In this document: in pieces, positions 1 to 20,474 of the stretch
Layout: the number at the start of each line of letters is the position of its first letter
Position numbering within the stretch: position 1 is the first letter of the stretch
Origin: Azolla caroliniana
Lineage: Eukaryota; Plantae; Polypodiophyta
DNA length: 20,474 nt
Direction of reading: 5' to 3'
NCBI GenBank assembly: GCA_043228905.1
Contig: JBHGNT010000568.1
Span: forward strand, 1 to 20,474
The notes under the pieces: generated by a model
What the model saw: only the letters and a program-made list of their open reading frames with translations
The model's database searches: none
What the model was told of the DNA's origin: nothing
Program-made: the position numbers and the translations under genes

Positions 1-150
1 GCAGAAGTGAATGCAATAGCTCTCAGGAGACAGACGGAAGGGTTATCGTCAGAATACCATCGATTACTTGATGATAACGAAAATCTTCGAGACCAATTGG
101 CCTCATTTGATCGCAAGGCATCATATTCTGGGATAAAGAAGCATGCATGA
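1..150 (+). CDS. BAP31: C-terminal end (partial) of a B-cell receptor-associated protein 31-like ER membrane protein
   Basis: Frame 1 reads AEVNAIALRRQTEGLSSEYHRLLDDNENLRDQLASFDRKASYSGIKKHA* (TGA 148-150). This resembles the plant BAP31 coiled-coil tail (ALKKQSEG..EYDRLLEENQNLR) and ends in KKxx. Absent from the ORF track because it is truncated by the window edge. Confidence 0.85.
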   Translation, partial: AEVNAIALRRQTEGLSSEYHRLLDDNENLRDQLASFDRKASYSGIKKHA

Positions 151-2105
151 CTGTGTGTGCCATATCTAGAGAAAGTGTATACAATTAATGTTTGTGACAA
201 ACTTGGGGCTGCATTTAGCACAGTGACAGAAGTCACCCTTGCAAATGGCATGATGATTCTTTTTGTTTAATCGTCCAAATCTTGATAAGAAAGAGGGAGA
301 ACACTACAATCTATGAAATAAGACTGATGATGAACATATTTGGGTCAAGTAGCCCTGGGAACTTCTTGTTCCTCTGCAATTTCTCTTGCCATACATCATC
401 AATGTTTTCTTTTCCTGTTGAACTCCGTAGAAACGAAGGGCATGAATTCCTTAACCCATATTGAAGTTCTTCTCAAGAGGTTGGATTTAGTGCCATTTTT
501 TCCTTGACCTCCAAACCAAACAGTAATGAGTTCTATACAGTTCTCATTTCAGTCTACTCTCAATTTACCATGCTTCACTGGTATCATGTAATGTAAGTTT
601 TGTTGATAACCTGCACTGAATATATTTCTTGTAAGTTCGTGTCATCGAACAAAAATAATTATTTATCAGTTTCTAATGCATGTGGCCTGTTGGATTGTCT
701 TAATGTCGGTCAATTCCAAACATCATGTGTTGAAACCCTGTAGCTGTACAACTGCACACTTGGATTACACTAGACACAATTTGAAGTGGAAACCAGAAAT
801 GTGAGTTAATAGACGATGTGTTTCACCATGATGACAATTAACAGGAAAAAAGAAAAAAAAAAGGTACTTACGTTGGTACATTTAGGTAGTAAAAAGATCT
901 GACGCATTTTGGAAAAATGAAAAATATAATATTTTCCACCTTTTCACTACTATAAAAGCTAACAGTATGGACACTCGCCCAAGTTTTCATTGACTTAGGA
1001 ATTAAAATATGGTTGATGCTGCTTCCAATGTAAAAAGAAAGGCATTATAGAGTATCAACTTCATGTTTCTTTCAATGTGTTTGACGATCATAGAGTATCA
1101 ACTAAACGTTTCGTGCCTACCATTCAGTCACCCACAATGTTACAACCCTTAAAATCGTGCTTGACATCCCTTCAGATGTATGCATAAAGCATGTTATTAA
1201 CTTCATGCTACCTACCCATAGATCGTCCATAGATGGACTCTGTCATTTCTAATGTACAAGAACGAATGTTGATTTGATCCCATGGAATGGAACCTAATAC
1301 CAATAACAAAAAATTGTTTGGTAAAGCACAAGCTCATGCCAAGGAGAGCAATTAAAATTCATGATATTTGTATGCTCAGGTAATAAACATTGTTTAGAGT
1401 CCATCATATAGTTAGCAGACAAAAACAATAGAACTATTCAACAACATTAACATCTTCCAGCTCTAATCGTTTTCCTCAAACATTTAATGGGGATTGCAAA
1501 TACCCACATATGTCACTATTGCTTGTCATTTTACTAGTTTCACACCCCTATTTATGATAGTTGTAATACAACTCAAACAATGACTGCATGGAACTTGATA
1601 GAGTTACAACATCAAAAACTCGGAAGTTTTTATACCACTCCAAATTCAGCTGAGAAAAGAATGAGATTCCAAAAGAAATTATCCTATACAAGCCGTTTCC
1701 ACTCATTTAGCTCCCAAAACAAATCTTGTAACCACAATCCCAAAGGACTGCAGTAGAATTCCATGGATAAAACGTTGCATATCATCAAAACTTACTAGAG
1801 AAAACCTTCACAGGAAAATTTCCTCTAGACAGAATCTCAGCTCACATGAAAATTTCTGGTAGAGGGAATCTCAGCATACACAACTATGCCTCTTTAGGAG
1901 AATCTTGTTTCTCCTATGATTGATGCTGCCCTCTGTAGTTAGACAGGCCTTTAGAACTCTTCTTGACATCCATTTGGACGAGAATACTCCTCAGAGACAG
2001 CACATGAATACTCTTTGCTCTTGATGGAAAATTAATGACGCATTCATTGCAATCACCAGCTCAATTCCATACATACAGACCCCTATTGAAGACTCTTTGT
2101 ATTCA

Positions 2106-16675
<14,570 letters not shown>

Positions 16676-17056
16676 CGTTTCTGTCTTCGGAGGGGAATGG
16701 TACGAATCAGGATGATTCAGATTGGTTGCCAGAATGAAGAAATCAAATTATCAGAAACAACGCAAGGATTAGAGAGATAGGTCACCGATTCTGAAATAGG
16801 ACCGATTTCCTTAAGAGAGTTCCAGATTCCTTGAGTTGTTATACTTTAACATTCAATGTTTCTCTCCTCCTTCTGCGGCTATTGGCATGCCTTAAAAAGG
16901 AAGCTTTTAAGGTTTTGCACGAGGTAAAAGGCGCTCCCTCATTGATGAATGAGGCTTGATTCTGGTTCCTAGATCGGATACAGTTCCCGCATCCTTTCTG
17001 AAGAGTGGAGATGAAGAGGAGGAAGGAGGAGAAGCAAGCCAGCAGCCTGTCTGCAC

Positions 17057-17080
17057 AGAGAGAGAGAGAGAGAGAGAGAG
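17057..17080 (-). promoter_or_regulatory. (CT)12/GAGA tract, probably near the UBP12/13 transcription start or in its 5' UTR
   Basis: (ag)12 on plus, about 400 nt upstream of the ATG, adjacent to a pyrimidine-rich minus-strand stretch typical of plant 5' leaders. Confidence 0.6.
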
Positions 17081-17189
17081 AAGCTTAAGCTTTTGCTATC
17101 TGTTGCCCAAACAAAGGCTTGGAAAGGCCTAAGGCCAAAAACATAAATAAGGAAAACTATTGGCCTAAGAAACTATTTGTGTATCTACG

Positions 17190-17581
17190 AATCCGCACCG
17201 GCACGGCTCGAGCCTTTTACCTGAACCGTTAAACCGTATATTTAAATTGTTTAGCGGCTCGATTCGGTTAAGTTTAGGGCTTGAGCTTCCTTACCTAGTT
17301 TGAGCTCGGTTTTGGGATGGCTCGTGCCGAACTCGAACCGTTTTTGGGCTAAACTAGTTCCCATACCGGTTAAGGATTAATCAATTTGGATAAACTAGTT
17401 CCTAAACCGATTTTTGCTTAACCAATTAAGGCTTAACCGATTTAGGAGCCGATTAAGGCTTAATCAGTTTAGGAGCCGATTAAGGCTTAACCAATTTAGG
17501 AGCCAGTTAAGGCTTTACCAGTTTGGTTTGGACTATGCCAAACCGTTTAAGTCAAAACCAAATTGTTGTTGATTCCTAGTG
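17190..17581. mobile_element. Possible non-autonomous DNA transposon remnant (subterminal-repeat-like AACCG/CGGTT clusters)
   Basis: Dense AACCG/AAACCG/CGGTT/GGCTCG motifs in both orientations, ending near CTAGTG; paired termini not identified. Confidence 0.4.
17425..17524. repeat. 27-bp tandem repeat, about 3.7 copies
   Basis: attaaggcttaaccgatttaggagccg units starting 17425, 17452, 17479, 17506. Confidence 0.9.
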
Positions 17582-19043
17582 TCGTCCCCAATCATGAAGT
17601 TTCTGCCCATCTTCCATTTTGGTTTTTTTTTAAACCTTTTGTATAGTTTGCTTTGATTGTCTTATATTGTGCCCGCTCCTCTATCTTCATCGAACCCACG
17701 ACAATGTGCTCCTTTCTTTTATATTTCCTCACTCGATGAACTTTTGAGATGTTGTTCATCGGATGCCATCGAAGTGAAAACATGAAAAGCATTCATTGGT
17801 GTTGTGTTCCTATTTCTAATTCTTCGTTATTTGTTTAATGTGTGTTTGCATGTCATTGATGTGAAAGAGCCCAATGATCATGTCACCTTTCTTGAACATT
17901 TTGTGTTTGTCGCCCTAATAAAGCAACCTAACATTGTCAACACCCTCTTGCACTTGAAGTGGGGGTTAATAAATAAGAATTGATATAAGTATGGTGTATG
18001 TTGACAATGGGAAGTGTCCACGATGTTAAACTTGAATAACTTAACATCTCTCCACTAGCACATTAGTGCTTTATAACCCCACCTATGGTCAATCTCCCTC
18101 TTGTATGCATTTTTATCTTCATTGATGTGATGAAAAACACGAAAAGGTTTAGCACCTTTGCTTTTCATCACATCGATGTTATAAAAGTGATAGATTGCTT
18201 CCCTTTAATTATTTTGCTATAAAAGTGATAGTATTTTGGTGTTTAGAAACAACTATAGTAAGTGCATTGTTTAGCATTTACATGGATTATCTCCAAATAA
18301 AACTTACAAAGATTGTTTGTGGTATACTCAATATATAAACTCATTGCCTTTGGATAGCACAAGCTTTTCAATTATTATTTCTAGTATATGCAAGATGAAA
18401 TCCATTACTTTATTTTTAAACCCATAACCTTTGCAAAACATGAGCTTTTGTTAAGCACATTTTGTACATGGCACAACCCGCATGGATATTGGCATTGGTA
18501 CCAAAAACACAAGCGTGATACTAAAAAAAAGGGAACATAATATAGTAGTTCTACAACCTTGAGCCTAATGGTTGCCACAATGTGAGAGTGGACCATCTCT
18601 TCAGAAAGAACTATAAAGGTCACTTTCGTGTCTTTATAGTTTTTCTTATTGATCTCCTATCATTGTAAGGCATTGAGACTTTAATCTTTAGCTCTCTCCT
18701 TCTCTTTATTCCCTGTACCGATAAGAGATTAATGTTGAGTGTTATTTGGACCAAAACCTAATATTTTCCTTTCTTGTACGCGTTGATGATTGTCATCAAT
18801 TGAAGAGTGCTCAATTTATGTGTTTTCTATTCTTTGGTTATTTACATTCTCCATTGCTTAAGCTTGAAAATGGCACAAGTGAACTTCTTGGTGAGGATAA
18901 CCTTTGAAGGAGGTGAGTGAGAGTTTGCATACTCTAAGAGTGATTGACAATCAGTTATTCCCGACTCGCCATACATAGGTAGGGTATATGATGATCCCAT
19001 TCTCTAACTAACAATATCAACATGGATGCATAACTTTGTTGAC

Positions 19044-20023
19044 ACAAAATGTACACGCAGTGTAAACACCTCAAGCCAATACAAATATTGAAACATACAC
19101 CTATAGTTTGTGGGTTTGCTAATGTTAACTCTTAGGGCCGGACAATGGCCTAACACAGGGTGTCTACGGAAGACACTTCACCAAAGGGGTGTTACGGCAA
19201 TAGGATTAGACTCAACGATTAATCCGACTTAATTAGGCTACTTAACAAGATCGTCCTTCATAATCACACGCGTAAGATATAACAATGAATGTAGAACGGC
19301 AATTAACACAAAGAGATAACAACACTAAGCTTTATTAATTAACCGATGTTCATTACATTGTATCCGGGCCTTTAAATAGGTTTCTGGTCTGTATTACAAA
19401 ACGGTGCCATCCGCACCAGTTCGGGATCGGTCCGGATCCGGAACGACATACCGATTCCGGTCCGTCCGTCCACACTCATAGCTTACTTACAACCATTCCT
19501 ACTAATTAAATAACTCCGTCCACACTCATAGCTTACTTACAACCATTCCTACAAAATGTACACGCAGTGTAAACACCTCAAGCCAATACAAATATTGAAA
19601 CATACACCTATAGTTTGTGGGTTTGCTAATGTTAACTCTTAGGGCCGGACAATGGCCTAACACAGGGTGTCTACGGAAGACACTTCACCAAAGGGGTGTT
19701 ACGACAATAGGATTAGACTCAACGATTAATCCGACTTAATTAGGCTACTTAACAAGATCGTCCTTCATAATCACACGCGTAAGATATAACAATGAATGCA
19801 GAACGGCAATTAACACAGAGAGATAACAACACTAAGCTTTATTAATTAACCGATGTTCATTACATTGTATCCAGGCCTTTAAATAGGTTTCCGGTCTGTA
19901 TTACAAAACGGTGCCATCCACACCAGTTCGGGATCGGTCCGGATCCGGAACGGCATACCGATTCTGGCCCGTCCGTCCACACTCATAGCTTACTTACAAC
20001 CATTCCTACTAATTAAATAACTC
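19044..20023. repeat. Near-tandem direct repeat of 473 bp (19044-19516 and 19551-20023; period 507)
   Basis: Alignment by eye shows 9 substitutions and no indels; the spacer is a copy of 19467-19500. Confidence 0.97.
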
Positions 20024-20120
20024 TCCGTTTCACACTCTAGACTCCTTTGTCGGCCGGCCGGTAACACATGGCACGCCCGTGGGACAGTACCTTGTACGTC
20101 GAATCCACATCTGACCCTTG

Positions 20121-20474
20121 CTATTCTTCGTCCAAAATATCCAGAATGCTTTGTTCGAGAGTCTCCAATGGTTCATCTGGAATTGGTTGTTGTTGTTGTT
20201 GTGGTTGTTGTTGTTGATGTTGCTGCTTTGTTGATGGCTACTGCGACGGGTCCGTTGGTGGCTGTTGCGGCTGCTCCTCCGTTTGTTGCTCTGACACCGG
20301 CGTCTCCGTCGTTGCTCCCTCCGTCGTAGTGGTCTCCGGTTGACTGGTTCCGAGCTAGCCCTCGGCCGACGACGGTTCCTCATCACTAAGGTTAACCGTT
20401 GCCGCTTCCAGTGCTTTTTCTTCCCGAACCCGGGACCACTCGTAGCTTTCAAACTGGATTTGAGCGTCCAGCCT
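20121..20474 (-). pseudogene. Stop-interrupted acidic Q/E/T/P-rich ORF remnant of the retroelement
   Basis: Frame from 20474: RLDAQIQFESYEWSRVREEKALEAATVNLSDEEPSSAEG*LGTSQPETTTTEGATTETPVSEQQTEEQPQQPPTDPSQ*PSTKQQHQQQQPQQQQQPIPDEPLETLEQSILDILDEE*. Confidence 0.55.

Larger units (their letters stand above)
19037..20474 (-). mobile_element. 3' end of an LTR retrotransposon (probably Ty3/Gypsy): 3' LTR about 20066 to 19037 with internal duplication, plus adjacent internal region
   Basis: Minus-strand LTR start TGTTACC at 20066 after a degenerate G-rich tract (GGGCGTGCCATG); TATA-like CTATTTAAAG followed by AATAAA; end GTCAACA at 19037 (alternative GTAACA at 19190/19697); GC-rich decayed ORF upstream; no RT or integrase visible in the window. 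Confidence 0.65.

Noticed and set aside
17425-17524. 27-bp repeats as a CRISPR-like array
   Set aside because: Units are contiguous with no unique spacers, there are no cas genes, and the context is eukaryotic.
17592-18990. Short ORFs at 17592-17792 and 18405-18623 as genes or TE proteins
   Set aside because: No recognisable motifs or exon structure; possibly old repeat debris, but this cannot be supported without a search.
20021-20050. Alternative LTR start TGTGAAAC at 20034 with a purine-rich tract
   Set aside because: TGTTACC at 20066 matches the candidate 3' termini better; not fully excluded without the partner LTR.
20030-20452. 140-aa Arg/Asn-rich ORF from the ORF track
   Set aside because: Non-ATG start and probably a shadow frame; the neighbouring frame looks more protein-like and reads the CAA repeats as poly-Q.

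Overview
AT-rich land-plant nuclear DNA; a fern or other non-angiosperm source is a guess, not shown. Most of the window is one intact 32-exon minus-strand gene (CDS 16675 to 2106, 3333 nt, about 1110 aa by my manual splicing) for a MATH-domain ubiquitin-specific protease of the UBP12/UBP13 (USP7/HAUSP) family, with catalytic Cys, His and Asp motifs intact. Bases 1-150 on the plus strand are the C-terminal end of a convergent BAP31-like gene ending in a KKxx ER-retrieval signal. The large introns carry decayed mobile DNA: two oppositely oriented LINE fragments in intron 18 and a probable solo LTR in intron 11. Upstream are a (CT)n tract with four candidate uORFs, a 27-bp palindrome-containing tandem repeat, a foldback, and the 3' end of a minus-strand LTR retrotransposon with a 507-bp-period internal duplication and a stop-interrupted Q/E/T-rich ORF. 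I found no convincing new biological system. The most interesting points are a GC-AG intron, a Leu-to-Gln change beside the catalytic Cys box, the uORF cluster and the duplicated LTR.
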